Source: Anthoceros angustus (lineage: Eukaryota; Plantae; Anthocerotophyta). Taken from it: a stretch of DNA of 64,000 bases. The position numbers were made by a program, and so were the translations under genes. A model generated the notes under the pieces. The model did no database searches, was not told the origin of the DNA, and saw nothing but the letters and a program-made list of their open reading frames with translations. Shown here piece after piece: positions 1 through 13,170 of the stretch (its first letter is position 1; the number at the start of each line of letters is the position of its first letter). The stretch is from the NCBI GenBank assembly GCA_010909165.1, contig MU008173.1, positions 434,001 through 498,000 of the forward strand, read 5' to 3'.

Positions 1-3000
1 AGAACCATGCGTCCACATCGAAGTCATCACGATCAACCTGGTTTCTAAATGCATCTCGAAGCGGTGGAAGAACACCTGTGAAATCTTCCGAGGTTGAGAC
101 AAGCTTGAGCCTTGTATCCTCCAAAGTGAACACAAGTCTTGTGCCAGAGAAGTCTATCTCTACAGAGACGTCTTCAATCTCTTCCATCGTGTCCAGATTT
201 GTCAACACACCATTGTTTGCACAGCCCACATTAACAGCCTGCTTTAGATGCTTGCGCAGAATGCCCAAACGCAGCGCTTCCGCTTTGAGTCTATAGGGCC
301 CCAGTCTTTGGTTGATACCTGTGCTATGAAGAGCTTCAAGTCTCTGAGAAAGTTGGCTCCATCCTTATAGCTTGGCTTCAACCTTCTCAAAACATCTGCA
401 ACATCACCAATGCTACCAAAAAGGACGGCAGCAAAGATCTTCCATCGGCAGGATTACCAGTCCACTGCCGTACAGTTTGGACAAAAATGAACTGCCATTC
501 CGCTTACAGCAATCGTCGATTTTGTCCTGGAAGTCATCACAGATGTCATCAGCATTATTACCAGCGACATCCTTCAGCACTATGCAGAGCATTCCCTTGA
601 AAAGCTGCTGGTCATCCTGAACCAAAGCCACTGCGTTCTGTAGCCTATGCAGGATCCGCTCCATCTCTTTATCGAAGCTGGGATCCTGCATTCCACAATG
701 ATGTTTAGATAAGGGGGAAATGCCAGCCAGACTTACACATGCACTCTTCCCAATTTTTGGTTGATAATGGAAACAAGCACAAATGGACACCATCATGACC
801 AACTTAAGAACATTCAAAGACATGCCTTTTTATTGTAGATGGTGATGCTGCTAACAGCAGCACTCAGTAGTGACAGCAGAGTATCCTCCTGCGCAGTCCG
901 TTCAGGGCTTTCAAGACCCTCAAAGTCCAATAAAATGTACAGGCACCCATCGTCTCCTTGCCGAGAAGACAGCCAGATACCATCTGTACAACGAACAGCG
1001 GCCACATCAAAGAGTGAACCAAATACATGGTTGAGTAGGTAGGACTTGCCGCTGCTCTGCTTCCCCATTGATGAAACTACCTTGACCCCACCCCTCCAGT
1101 TTCCGATTAAATCATCGTACAAGCCAAACCTCATGGTCTTGACTAAAGCCAACACATTAGCACTCTCAGATTCCACGGAGACTTGTCTGAGCCCATCAGA
1201 GCATGAAGTCAACCCGTTGCGCTCAGCTCGAGCAATCTGAATGGGCACCAGACACACGAGATCCTGGATCCACTTACTCATACTAACGGCACAAGATTCA
1301 TGTGTGTCCACTCCAGAGAGCAGAAACTGATCCACATCGCATGATGAGTAGGAAATAGTCCAGTCAGAAAAGTTCTTACCCCTGGAGTTTTCCAGGTTTC
1401 CTATCAGTTGCTCAATATGCTCAATGGCCCTGTCTATGCCTTCGGCCAATCCCATATGCAGAACAGTAAACTTCACAAGCTTCTTACGATGAACAAGGGG
1501 GCTTGTTACCGCATACTTCTCAAAAGTGAGCGGCACATAAGCCAAGGGTGAGTATCTCCTCCCTCTCTCGTTGTCTCTTATCACCCCGGTGTCCTGCCTT
1601 CTCAGCCCGGATGTCTGTGGGACTGTTACAACAGCAGAAAAGACAGTTCCTGGATCACTGCTATCATGAAGAATCAGCTGCACCTGTGACCCAAACAAAA
1701 CTGTTCGCGCGAACACCTTCTAGCCTGTCTACCTTCATATCAGCCAGGACAATGGACTTGATTGCAGACACTGTGTCAGCACCCAACAGATACACATGCA
1801 CAACAATGCTGCTATTTCCATGTTCTGTCGTCTGGTCAGCAAGCACCAACAGGCATGACCCATCAGGTGTAAGACAGGTGGCATCAGGGTAGATTGGGAA
1901 AGGCAGTTTAATGTGTTTACCATCCTTGCACTTGCCATCTTCCAGTACCCAAAGGTTATGTTCAGCATCAGCCACAACAATTTCATGGCCACTTGCAAGC
2001 TTTCTAGGAACAAACTCCATAAATCTTACATTAAGTGGCCTTGACCAGATATTTTTACCCATAGCCTTGCCTACATCAATTTCTCTAGGGCTCATCTGCA
2101 GTCGACGGAATTGCTCATCAAAATAAGCCACCCGGATGATTCCATCATCTTGGTCATAACAGGCCACAAACCGTTTGCCTTCACTGAAGCACAGAAGATC
2201 AAAACCTTTTCTTAAGATCATAAGGCACTTTGGTTCAGTAGCGAAGTGGCTGCCCAGATCTTTGTACATCCGAATTTCGACATACTTCCTACTCTCCTCG
2301 GAACAAATGACGAAAGCCAACACCTGCTGATTTTGAAGGAGGAATGCCTTCGACAATACTTCCACTTCCTTATCCAGCTCCATACAGGGTTGCTGATATG
2401 AGTAGAGCTGTGGAACAACCACATGTTCAGCTTTACTTGACAGCCTTTCCAAAGATACCTTCCTTGGTCTCAGTTCCAAACTGCGCCAGGAAATGGTATC
2501 TGGATTCATCACAGGGTAGTTGTACTTAATACTGACTAGCCGCTGACTATCCCATGGCCTATCAAAGAGCCCAAAAATATCCTGCTGCGTCTCGTGACTT
2601 TGGAGAAAGCATCTCTGAGTTGCAAAGTTTGTCTCGAGCTGCCGCCAGAGACATTCTTACATGATGTGCCTTTGAGTTTGTCAAGTAGTTCTGTTTCCTT
2701 CAGCTTGCAAGACTGCTCAAATAGTTCGGTGGCCTGATTCATCTCAAACTCAACATTGCCTCGTAAGGCATGTCCAATTTCTTTGTGAATTAAGTCCTGA
2801 ATTCGTCCCAAGAAACCTTCTCGGCAGCCTTATATCTCTGAAAGAAAACCGCCACAACTGCTGGCTTGATCACTTTCACCCTCTGCAAGCTGGTTGGTGA
2901 ACTGAAAAATCCATTGAACACATTGTTCACGAACACAGCAGGATCTTCAATATTGCACCCAAAGCTGCCTGGAGAATCTAGCATAATACTTGCAAATTCT

Positions 3001-4739
3001 GCCTTCTTCTGTAGCTTAAGGAGTGATATATCCAGACATGGCTGCAGCCACAACTTCATGCGAGATATGTGGAGGTTGCATTCTCGTCTATAGTGAAGCG
3101 ACGACCTGGGAACTGATTAATACCCACTGGGAGCCCTGCGTGGACAAGCCCTCCTCTGATATTCTTGTCAGTCGGGAAAAATCTAACTGAATACACCTGC
3201 CACAGGCCGATGCGTTTTCAGTTAACATGCCATCGTGTAAAGGACATCCCATCGCTATATCACGTACAATCTCTCTTTGCTCACTAGCCTACTTTCCAAG
3301 GGCTGCATGCTATGATCCCTGAGTTTCCTACCTTGTTCCACTGAATGAGCAAGGTTGCAAGCTGGAGAGGATACCTGATTGGAGCCACCCTGTGAAGTAA
3401 TTGGACGGAGAGTAACCCTCTCGGTGTACTGCACAGGCCCTAATCCTTTATTAGCACCTTCGAGGACGAACAGAGTCGACACTTCTGGGTCAGATTGGAA
3501 AGCAGCATGTGACTCAAGATCGAGCCCCTTTCTGCGTAGGCACAGTATCTCATTTCTATCCTTGCAGACCAGGGATATACGTGACCCAAAGAAAAGCAGC
3601 TTGTTTGGACCACTACCACTAACGCTGGTCCCCGTGTTAAAATATTTACAAACTTCACCCTCCAGAATTTCAAACACTTCGTCTTCTGAAGTAGGATGGA
3701 CTGCCACAGCCTGCTCAACAGGCTCATGATTTCTGAAGAGGTTTTCCTCCCACGGACACATGAGCAACAGGTAGTCTTCAAGACTCCTAGTAAAAATCTT
3801 AAGCAGCCCGGTTTGCTTCTTCCTCAGTTGTAGCTCTGAGTCTGCGGAGCTGAACTTTGCCTCTCGGCCTCATGTCTTTTTGAGACTCCTCAACTGCTTC
3901 CATGCATCCATCCACTCCTCCTGGAGGTCGCGGTTGCACCCCAGAAACAACACAAACTCAACATCTTCCAAGCTACTGAAGTCAAGGCTGTACTTACTCA
4001 TGCTAGTTCTAATAAATTCCTGAAGCTTGTCCGACGCCATATTCCTCTGCTCATCCTGCCTCCTAGAAACTGTGTTTGAAGCGTTCACGTTGCCGATAAG
4101 CAAAGCAACTGAGTGAAGACCTCCACACAATAGGAAACTGGACGATGGCTCGTGCTCAAAGGATTCTCTAAAGCCCTTACGCAGACTAACATCATCCTCA
4201 GCTGGTTGGGGAAAATTCCAAGCCCGCGGACGACACCGCGAGTGACCTGACACTGATGGAGAGGCCAGAAAGTGCGTCACATCAGTGTTTGCAACGCAAA
4301 TATAGACAATGTTGCAGAGTTCCACCAGATAGCGGACAAAGTTGCAGCAGATGCTTTTCGCTGAAGCCTCTGCTTCGGCTTCTTCATGATGCCAATAGAA
4401 CAAGTACAGCTTGCTTCCCTGCGTGCAAGCATAGATGCCCGGTCCCTCCTCCATTTTGGATTCCGTTTCACTATCTATATTGATCTGAAGATAGTGGATG
4501 ACTCTCTGCAACAGAGTCTTGTTTCCGAAGAAGCCTACACAGCAGAATTCAGAACCCTCAAGAAGAGAGGGATCCAGCTTGATCATCTTTGTCGATGTTG
4601 TAGATGGAATCAAGTCTTGGAAGAAGAGAAGAACCTCTTCACGACAAAGGACCACTTTCTCCACAAAACTCCAGTCCTGCTTGTCACTTTCCATGTGAAG
4701 GAGAGTGTACAGCCTACTGTTGGTGTGGTGGAAAGCCAC
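1..4739 (-). CDS. Very large P-loop GTPase of the GBP/atlastin/VLIG-like type (fungal/protist-like family); disrupted, possibly a pseudogene; 3' end lies outside the window
   Basis: Consecutive minus-strand ORFs 3870-4739, 3255-3767, 2790-3059, 2536-2811, 1664-2512, 814-1716 and 413-823 read as one protein. The GTPase domain has G1 GKQSSGKSYLLN, RCTDGIW and G3 LLDFEGLES..RTAQEDTLL, followed by FLRDLKLFIAQVSTKDWG near 330-270. There is an in-frame TGA at about 3870 and frameshifts near 2600 and 1712. Probable introns at about 3200-3265 and 686-825. Confidence 0.75.
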
Positions 4740-4989
4740 ACCATTTTGGAGGGCGACGTCGCAATGAGCTCATGATGTCTTTCCCACTCTAAAATTGCAA
4801 GACCAAGCGGGCCTACTGCTCATGAACGAAACGATGAGAGTCAGAAATACAGAGGCAAGCACATTACTCCTCAAGAATGTGTACTAATCAGTCGTGCACA
4901 GCCTCGCCCAAAGAAACCCAGCCTCAAAACTCCCACCCACCGAGAGACCTGTATCACACACGCATGAATGGCATCAGACTCATTGCAGC

Positions 4990-5990
4990 AAGGACTTACA
5001 GGAGTTTCGCTCAGCCTGCCCAGCTCAGGGGATCACAAGGGAGAGAGATACCCCATGCCGCAGGCAGTCAGGGATCGAGCAGACACGACCAGCATAGACA
5101 GGCATTGGCCCTGGTATTGAAGAATCCGGCTCACAGGAAGGGTCGAGGCAGGAGACGAGCTGCCATAAAATACTGTTTACACCGTTCTGTGGAGCCTGCC
5201 GAGGTGGGGCCCCAGCGTGGATCAGATTCACAGTCACAAAGCAAGGGGCCTTTTCTGTCATGTTGTTACCTGGCTCGTCTGTGTGTCCTCCCAGGCTCGC
5301 ACCTCCCTTCTCCAACAACCACTTTTGACAGAAGGAGAAATAGTGGGCTCCATCAGATGGGATTCCACTCGGAATCCTGGAGAGAGGGCTGAAAAAGCAG
5401 AGCACGTGCCAGGAGGCTCGCCCAATACCGAAAGGTCAGATCAGATTCCTGTATGTCGGTAGCAAGGCCGAACACGCCACGCAGCCTGAAAGCCTCTTGC
5501 ACGCTGCATCCTCAAAACTTGCGTGCTGGTCTGGGTCTGCGGACTTGACCTGCTTGCTTGCAGAGTCATCACCTTGAGTCTGAAGTACACCACAGGATTC
5601 ACTGCTTCGATTCAGCTCCCTGATGCTGGGCCATACACCCACAGAGTAGCAATCTGCAACGCGAGAAGACCGTACTGGGCTTGATAGGAAGGGCATTGAC
5701 GGCCATCTGAGAAAGGCAGGACTTGTAAGGCATTGACTGGCCCACCTCCGCGGGCCTCCTTTTTTTCTACATTTTTCCAGTCCAGCTTGCTCGTTCAATA
5801 TGCAGAAGTGTGTCCAACCTGTTGTTGCTGGGGTCGAGTGCTTGAGGGGGACGCCATAATGAACTTCATGCGCAGGCCTGCGGTTCGATGGTGGGAATGT
5901 GCAGGATGAGGGTAGAGCCTACTCCGTACTCATCAAGTCTCTCGTGATACTCAAAGCAACTTCCTCCTTCCAACCTGCAGAAAGACGTAT
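4990..5990 (-). other. Possible spliced gene fragment of unknown function
   Basis: CTGCAG acceptor-like site at about 5975 and open stretches 5436-5798 and 5025-5405. No recognisable family. Confidence 0.2.
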
Positions 5991-6004
5991 GACATGAAAC
6001 TTCT

Positions 6005-8135
6005 CTTGACCTTGCACTTAAAGTGATCAAGAGTTAGCCCCAGAAGAAACAGGCTACTAGCTGAAGGGTTCTCGAGTCTCACAACTGGGAACAGGGATTT
6101 GTGAGAGGTCAGGTCAGGTGGCATCCCACAGAGATTTGCGAGACCAGAACATGAGGTTTACTATGTTTCCTGCGATAAAATCACTGCTTCACGACAGCAG
6201 AATCTCTCAGGCACTTCATGCCTCACCGAAGTCCGGACATGCTACAACGAGGATGAGCTCAGAATTCAAGGCATCGGCAGTCGCTTTTTTTTCAGTGGAC
6301 TATAATACTCAATGATCACAAACATATATACAACAGGAGGCCCCTCCATCCATCAAAAGGCTTCCCCCTCTATATAATCATACAAAGACTCCCTCCTCTT
6401 CCTTCGCGGAGTCCTCCACCGGGCCAACGTATGATGTGCATAGCTCTGGCCACACAATCGTTTCAAAACTACAGTTCCCATATAATCTCAATGCAGCGGT
6501 GGTGCAGCCCCATACGCGTGACTATACCGCTGCTGGACATGACCTCGAAGCACTCTAGGAAAATTTCGGAGACAATCCGCGGCTGAGGCTTCCAAATTCG
6601 CATGAGACACAGGTTCAAAAGTTTGCACAAAAGCCTCAGCATCTTCACCTTGTTGCTTCTCCCAAATCTCACATATCATACAGGGGTGACTTCCACCACC
6701 TCTACTTCCTCCACTCATGGTTGAGGGCGTCCACAAAATTGTGGGCACACCTCCCAAGAAACTCCTGCACATCGCGTAATTAGATGCTGCACAAGCGGGA
6801 TGTACTACATGCACTTGGGCACACAAGCGCCTCAGTCCTCTTAACAAGCAAGGTTGAAAGGGCAGCAAGATGGGCAGTAATTCGATCAAGACCTTGCGAA
6901 AGCTCAGCCATTAGATCTCGTACCCCAACTTCTCCACTGCCAAATCTCACCCTCTTGCCTTCCTCCTCTTACGACGACCAACTCGAGCTAGAAGAGCTCA
7001 ACAATCCACGCCAAAAAAAATCCTCCTCTTGCAAGAACGGAAGATGTACCTTGGAAATTATTAACCGCTGGCTCGGATTCTTGACCTTGCACTTAAAGTG
7101 ATCAAGAGTTAGCCCCAGAAGAAACAGGCTACTAGCTGAAGGGTTCTCGAGTCTCACAACTGGGAACAGGGATTTGTGAGAGGTCAGGTCAGGTGGCATC
7201 CCACAGAGATTTGCAGAGACCAGAACATGAGGTTTACTATGTTTCCTGCGATAAAATCACTGCTTCACGACAGCAGAATCTCTCAGGCACTTCATGCCTC
7301 ACCGAAGTCCGGACATGCTACAACGAGGATGAGCTCAGAATTCAAGCATCGGCAGTCGCTTTTTTCAGTGGACTATAATACTCAATGATCACAAACATAT
7401 ATACAACAGGAGGCCCTCCATCCATCAAAAGGCTTCCTCTATATAATCATACAAAGACTCCCTCCTCTTCCTTCGCGGAGTCCTCCACCGGGCCAACGTG
7501 ATGTGCATAGCTCTGGCCACAATCGTTTCAAAACTACAGTTCCCATATAATCTCAATGCAGCGGTGGTGCAGCCCCATACGCGTGACTATACCGCTGCTG
7601 GACATGACCTCGAAGCACTCTAGGAAAATTTGAGACAATCCATGAGGCTTCCAAATTCGCATGAGACACAGGTTCAAAGTTTGCACAAAAGCCTCAGCAT
7701 CTTCACCTTGTTGCTTCTCCCAAATCTCCCATACTGGCGGTGTGGGGTGACTTCCACCACCTCACTTCCTCCACTCATGGTTGAGGGCGTCCACAAAGTG
7801 GGCACACCTCCCAAGAAACTCCACATCTTGGCGGTAAAGATGCTGCACAGCGGGATGTACTATACAGACTTGGGCACACAAGCGCCTCGATCCTCTTAAC
7901 AAGCAAGGTTGAAAGGGCAGCAAGATGGGCAATTCGATCAAGACCTTGCGAAAGCTCAGCCATTAGATCTCGTACCCCAACTTCTCCACTGCCAAATCTC
8001 ACCCTCTTGCCTTCCTCCTCTTACGACGACCAACTCGAGCTAGAAGAGCTCAACAATCCACGCCGAAAAAAAAAAAATCCTCCTCTTGCAAGAACGGAAG
8101 ATGTACCTTGGAAATTATTAACCGCTGGCTCGGAT
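6005..8135. repeat. Tandem duplication of a unit of about 1.07 kb (gag fragment plus flanking sequence)
   Basis: TTGACCTTGCACTTAAAGTGATCAAGAGTTAGCC occurs at about 6006 and 7081, and the units are collinear to about 8135. The minus strand encodes QGEDAEAFVQTFE...NFPRVLRG, resembling a Ty3 gag N-terminus. Confidence 0.85.
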
Positions 8136-9102
8136 TCTTGACCCTCACCCTTGATCAGCAACTCCTCGGCAACAACCTCCTTCCTCTCGCTGTCCGTGAG
8201 CACAACCTCCTCTTGCTCTTAGACAACTACCTCTTCTTCCTCAACGGAACCCTTGAAGATGTTAGCACATGTAGCTTCCGCAAGAGCTCTCTCCTCCGCT
8301 TCTTCCTTTGCACATCAGCAGCAACTAAGCTTTCACACACATGATTTCTCCATTCAGTTCACAAATCCCTTGCAGACAAAGGCGGGGTGATCTCCTCTCA
8401 ACTCCTACACGAAATTACTTCCTCCCTCCCCGACTAGACTCGCAAGCACGCCACACCCCTCAACACACAAAAAAAAGCAAATCCCCTTCTCTGTTTCCTT
8501 ATCAATGAAACCATACAAACTCACACTCGGGTCCCCTTCTCTGCAAGTGGCACTGGGACGGGGTCTCACAACTCTCTCAATCAACAACGCCCTCTTCTTC
8601 CTCAACGGAACCCTTGAAGATGTTAGCACATGTAGCTTCCTCCCTCCCCACCATTTCTTTGAAGCACTGGCGCCAAAAGGTGGTAGAGGCCGGTGCTTTT
8701 TGTCCCTTCCACCACCTCCACTTCCTCCCCACCTTGTTGCTTCTCCCAAATCTCACCCTTGATCGGCGTCCTTCCGAGGGTGATGGCCCTTTGGCCGTTT
8801 TCAAGCTCCTCCCTCAAGCGTGCAAAGCTTCCTCCACTTCCTCCACTTCCTCCTCTTGCTCTTAGACAACTACCTCTTCTTCTCCTCTTCCTCTCTCTCC
8901 TAGTCACTGGTCAAAGTTCTCCTCTCCCCTCTCACTACACTCATCATTCTTGAGAAAAGACATCTGTGGCGGACCTCCTCCGCTTCTTCCTCCCTCCTTT
9001 TATAGGAGGTCCTCACATCTGACCTCCCTCCTCTTCCTCCTCACAAGATCTTCTCCGCTCAATGCCAGCTCCAATCTTGTCGCCCGCCCCTACACACAAA
9101 AA
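8135..9102 (-). mobile_element. Older degenerate LTR-element remnant (LTR-like sequence and leader) related to the neighbouring family
   Basis: Shares CACAACTCTCTCAATCAACAACGCCCTCTTCTTC (about 8567 vs 9520) and TCCTTTTATAGG.AGGTCCTCACAT (about 8995 vs 9965) with LTR-A. A degenerate PBS-like stretch lies at about 8365-8385. Confidence 0.5.
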
Positions 9103-10133
9103 TGTGGGAGGAAAACCCGGGGCACTCGAGATTCCCCTCTAGCGCCACACTTATCCCATCGCTGCCACAGACTGGGTTTCGTCCCATGAGACTTGGGGAG
9201 CAGTCGAATCTTGAGAAATCACCACCACCGCACACACTACCTCAGCCTTCTAAACAAGCAAGGCGCCCTCTTCTTCCTCCTCCTCTAGCTACCAGCATCG
9301 CTCAGAACTCACCAAACCTCAACCTACAACGACACCACACAATTGGTGTTACGTCTTAACTGCAGGTGTCTATCACGGCGCCTGTGGACCCCCGACCCAC
9401 ACCGCAACTTCGTCCCTACTCCTAAGACACTCTTCTCCACATGTGAGCGCCTCTTACTTGCAGTTGGGATTCGTCCCTTAGGCTCGCCTGTCCTCTTTTC
9501 CTACACTCTAATCCTCCTCACAACTCTCTCAATCAACAACGCCCTCTTCTTCTCTACTCATCTACCCTTCCTTCCTCCACAATCTCCTACTCTAACACCA
9601 ATTCTGGCTCATTAATTCCAACTCGCCCTTACGGCTCCGCCTGGGTCCGTCAGGAAATTAACGAGTTCTTCCTTGGGCGGTTGCTATGTGGTTTGTACCA
9701 GACGAGAACCTCCGAGTCTTTCCTGCAGTCTACCCTCAAGCCGAGAGTTCCTTGAGCATCGCCACACACTCAAAGCAAAACAATTCACACAACCATTCAC
9801 AAGGGAGGCGGCTAGCGGCGCTGCAAAGAGCAAGCCCTCCACCCGGCACTCCGACCGCGTTCTCCTCTCTACGGACCTGCGTTGGCTTGCACGAAATTCT
9901 GCACAAAGTGAAGGACTCGGAGGATGGGAGCGCAAGACACGATAATTTTACTTCACAAGCTCCTCCTTTTATAGGGAGGTCCTCACATACAGCCCTCCTC
10001 GCGCCCTCCTGCACCGCCTTACTCCTTATTTTAGTGTATCCTATTGTCGACTTTAAGTTCGACATCCAAGCATCTTGGGTAAAATTCTATTCTAGCAAAT
10101 TCACCTATGTGAGCCTTAATGGCTCTGTCAACA
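9103..10133 (-). repeat. LTR-A (3' LTR, about 1.03 kb, TG...CA)
   Basis: Minus strand starts TGTTGACAG at 10133 and ends CCACA at 9103. It is collinear with, but clearly diverged from, the LTRs at 21773-22851 and 37472-38567. TATA-like CCTATAAAAG near 9970. Confidence 0.75.
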
Positions 10134-10629
10134 TTCCTATCTAGCTAGTCAACACACACTCCGGTGACAAGCATTAATGCTCCTCCTCTAAAGAAAAGTC
10201 TTCCCAAGTGGCATCTTGCCCCATGTCTTCAAGCTAATTTAAGGACTTCTTATGAATCCCTTCCTTATCTTGATGCCTATCTTGAGTTCCTTCCTCCAAT
10301 AAAATAGCCGGGCTCTCTTAGCCACCGGCTCATCCTCGCCTTCTCCTCTTCCTCTCACTTGTGGAGCAAGTGAGCTCCTTCTCCTGCACCCATGTTAGGA
10401 GGTTGGTCTTCTCCTTGTGATTCTTGCTCCATTCTGCAAGATCAACCCCTCTTCCTTCTTTCCGCAAGGGCCAAGGTACTCGCCTCCCTTGCCGTCAAAT
10501 CCATGCTAGCGACCTTTGAATCCTGCTTCTTCCGGCCCTCCTACCATGGTAGGAGTCCCTCCTACCACGGTAGGAACTCCTCCTACCACGGTAGGAGTTC
10601 CCGGGTTGTTTCTTCTTCCTTACCCCTTC

Positions 10630-13170
10630 ACAGGGTGATTCTTGCTCCATTCTGCAAGATCAACCCCTCTTCCTCTTCCTCCTCCCTCGGTGCAAGTTTC
10701 ACCCCGTTGCTTGGGACACTCTCCAAGTCTAAGGCTTCCGGTTGGACTTGCATGAGGGCCTCCCTATCATCGTCATGAGGTCCCAACATCCTCCTCTCAA
10801 GAAGTCGCAACAACTCGTTAGTGGCCTTGAGCACCTTGTTGTGAAGATGGGCTGCAAATCGTTGTTGTGCCATCTCCAATTCTTCGTAATCCTCAAGCCA
10901 TACTCCATGCTCACACTTGCTTTTGTAAGCATCTCGCTCAAGGCCAGCTCACCGCCTTGACATGGAGAGCCACATTCTCCGTCCTCTCATTGCGGTTGGC
11001 GGATCAATCTCTCTTGTAGGGCATAATCACCAAATCTCGCCTCCCTTGCCGTCAAATCCATGCTAGCACCTTTGAATCCTGCTTCTTCCGGCCCTCCTAC
11101 CACGGTAGGAACTCCTCCTACCACGGTAGGAACTCCTCCTACCCAGTAGGAGTTCCTACGGGGTCGTTTCTTCTTCCTTACCCCTTCACAGGGTGATTCT
11201 CTCCACCTTCTCCCGCTTCTCGCTTCTCCACAGTGCAAGTTTCTTCACCCTGTTGGGACACTCTCCAAGTCTAAGGCTTCCGGTTGGACTTGCATGAGGG
11301 CCTCCCTATCATCGTCATGAGGTCCCAACATCCTCCTCTCGGAGTCGCAACAACTCGTTAGTGGCCTTGAGCACCTTGTTGTGAAGATGGGCAAATCGTT
11401 GTTGTGCCATCTCCAATTCTTCGTAATCCTCAAGCCATACTCCATGCTCACACTTGCTTTTGTAAGCATCTCGCTCAAGGCCAGCTCACCGCCTTGACAT
11501 GGAGAGCCACATTCTCCGTCCTCTCATTGCGGTTGGCGGATCAATCTCTCTTGTAGGGCATAATCACCAAATCTCGCCTCCTCACCGCCAACATATGCTG
11601 CACCACTCATGACGGCCTTTCTCCTTTGCCATTTCTTCCTCCAACTCCCTATCCTCCTAGGGAGTTGTGCATTCTCTGCTGGACTTCTGCTCCATTTCCA
11701 ATCTTTGGACAAAATGTGTCCGTTCTTCCAGCTCTTCTTCCTTCAATTCCAGCCTCGGATTTCTCCCAGCTCCTTTTCCATGTCACTAATCTTCACTGTG
11801 TGGCTATGACCCGCTCATGTGCGCCTACTTGCCTTTGTGTCCTCATTTCTTTGCGAGATTGCTCGCCTTGACCTTTCCTCCATTAGCAGCACTTGCTTGT
11901 CTTCCGCCTTCTTTTCCATGTGCGCACCATGTGAGCAAGTTGCTCCACCTTCTCCTCTCGAGCTGCCAATTGCTTGGTAAGAGCCTTGTTCTCCGAATAT
12001 GATGGTTTGTTTCGGCCTTGTTTCAAGACTCTTTTCCAAGTGCTCCACTTGAGCTTCCATCCTCATAACATCCTCCTGTTGGGTTTCCGCCGCCACCGCA
12101 ATTTCCCTTGCTTGGTAGGTCCTTGTCTTCCGCCTCCTTCAAGAATTCAACTCTCCTCTTGGCGGCTCCTATGTCTACCTTGCTGAACATCTCCCTGCGC
12201 AGATCTCCTCCAACATGTCCAAGTCTAAGGCTTCCGGTTGGACTTGCATGAGGGCCTCCCTATCATCGTCATGAGGTCCCAACATCCTCCTCTCGGAAGT
12301 CGCAACAACTCGTTAGTGGCCTTGAGCACCTTGTTGTGAAGATGGGCTGCAAATCGTTGTTGTGCCATCTCCAATTCTTCGTAATCCTCAAGCCATACTC
12401 CATGCTCACACTTGCTTTTGTAAGCATCTCGCTCAAGGCCAGCTCACCGGTCTTGACATGGAGCCACATTCTCCGTCCTCTCATTGCGGTTGGCGGATCA
12501 ATCTCTCTTGTAGGGCATAATCAGAAATCTACGCTCCCTCACCGCCAACATATCTTTTACCGCCTCATGACGGCCTTTCTCCTTTGCCATTTCTTCCTCC
12601 AACTCCCTATCCTCCTAGGGAGTTGTGCATTCTCCGTTCTTTGGACTTCTCGTTCCATTTCCAATCTTTGGACAAAATGTCCGTTCTTCCAGCTCTTCTT
12701 CCTTCAATTCCGACCTCGTGGTTTCTCCCAGCTCCTTTTCCATGTCACTAATCTTCACTGTGTGGCTATGACCCGCTCATGTGCGCCTACTTGCCTTTGT
12801 CTTTGCCCTCATTTCTGCGAGATTGCTCTCGTCTTGACCTTTCCTCCATTAGCAGCACTTGCTTGTCTTCCTTCTTTTCCCATGCGCACCATGTGAGCAA
12901 GTTGCTCCACCTTCTCCTCTCGAGCTGCCAATTGCTTGGTAAGAGCCTTGTTCTCCGAATATGATGGTTTGCCTCCAGCCTTGTTTCAAGACTCTTTCCA
13001 AGTGCTCCACTTGAGCTTCCATCCTCATAACATCCTCACCTTTGGGTTTGCTCGCCTACCGCAATTTCCCTTGCTTGGTAGGTCCTTGTCTTCTCGCCTC
13101 CGTCTTCAAGAATTCAACTCTCCTCTTGGCGGCTCCTTCTGAACATCTCCCTATCAGCATCTCCTCCAAC
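10630..13170 (-). repeat. Internal tandem repeats of the coiled-coil 3' region of the LTR element
   Basis: GGACTTGCATGAGGGCCTCCCTATCATCGTCATGAGG at about 10744, 11286 and 12240. Repeated ORF text SEMLTKASVSMEYGLRITKNWRW. Confidence 0.8.

Noticed and set aside
1-4739. Programmed readthrough, frameshifting or U-to-C editing as an explanation for the GTPase lesions
   Set aside because: No slippery-site pattern is present. Plant U-to-C editing is organellar. Similar indels are common throughout the window.
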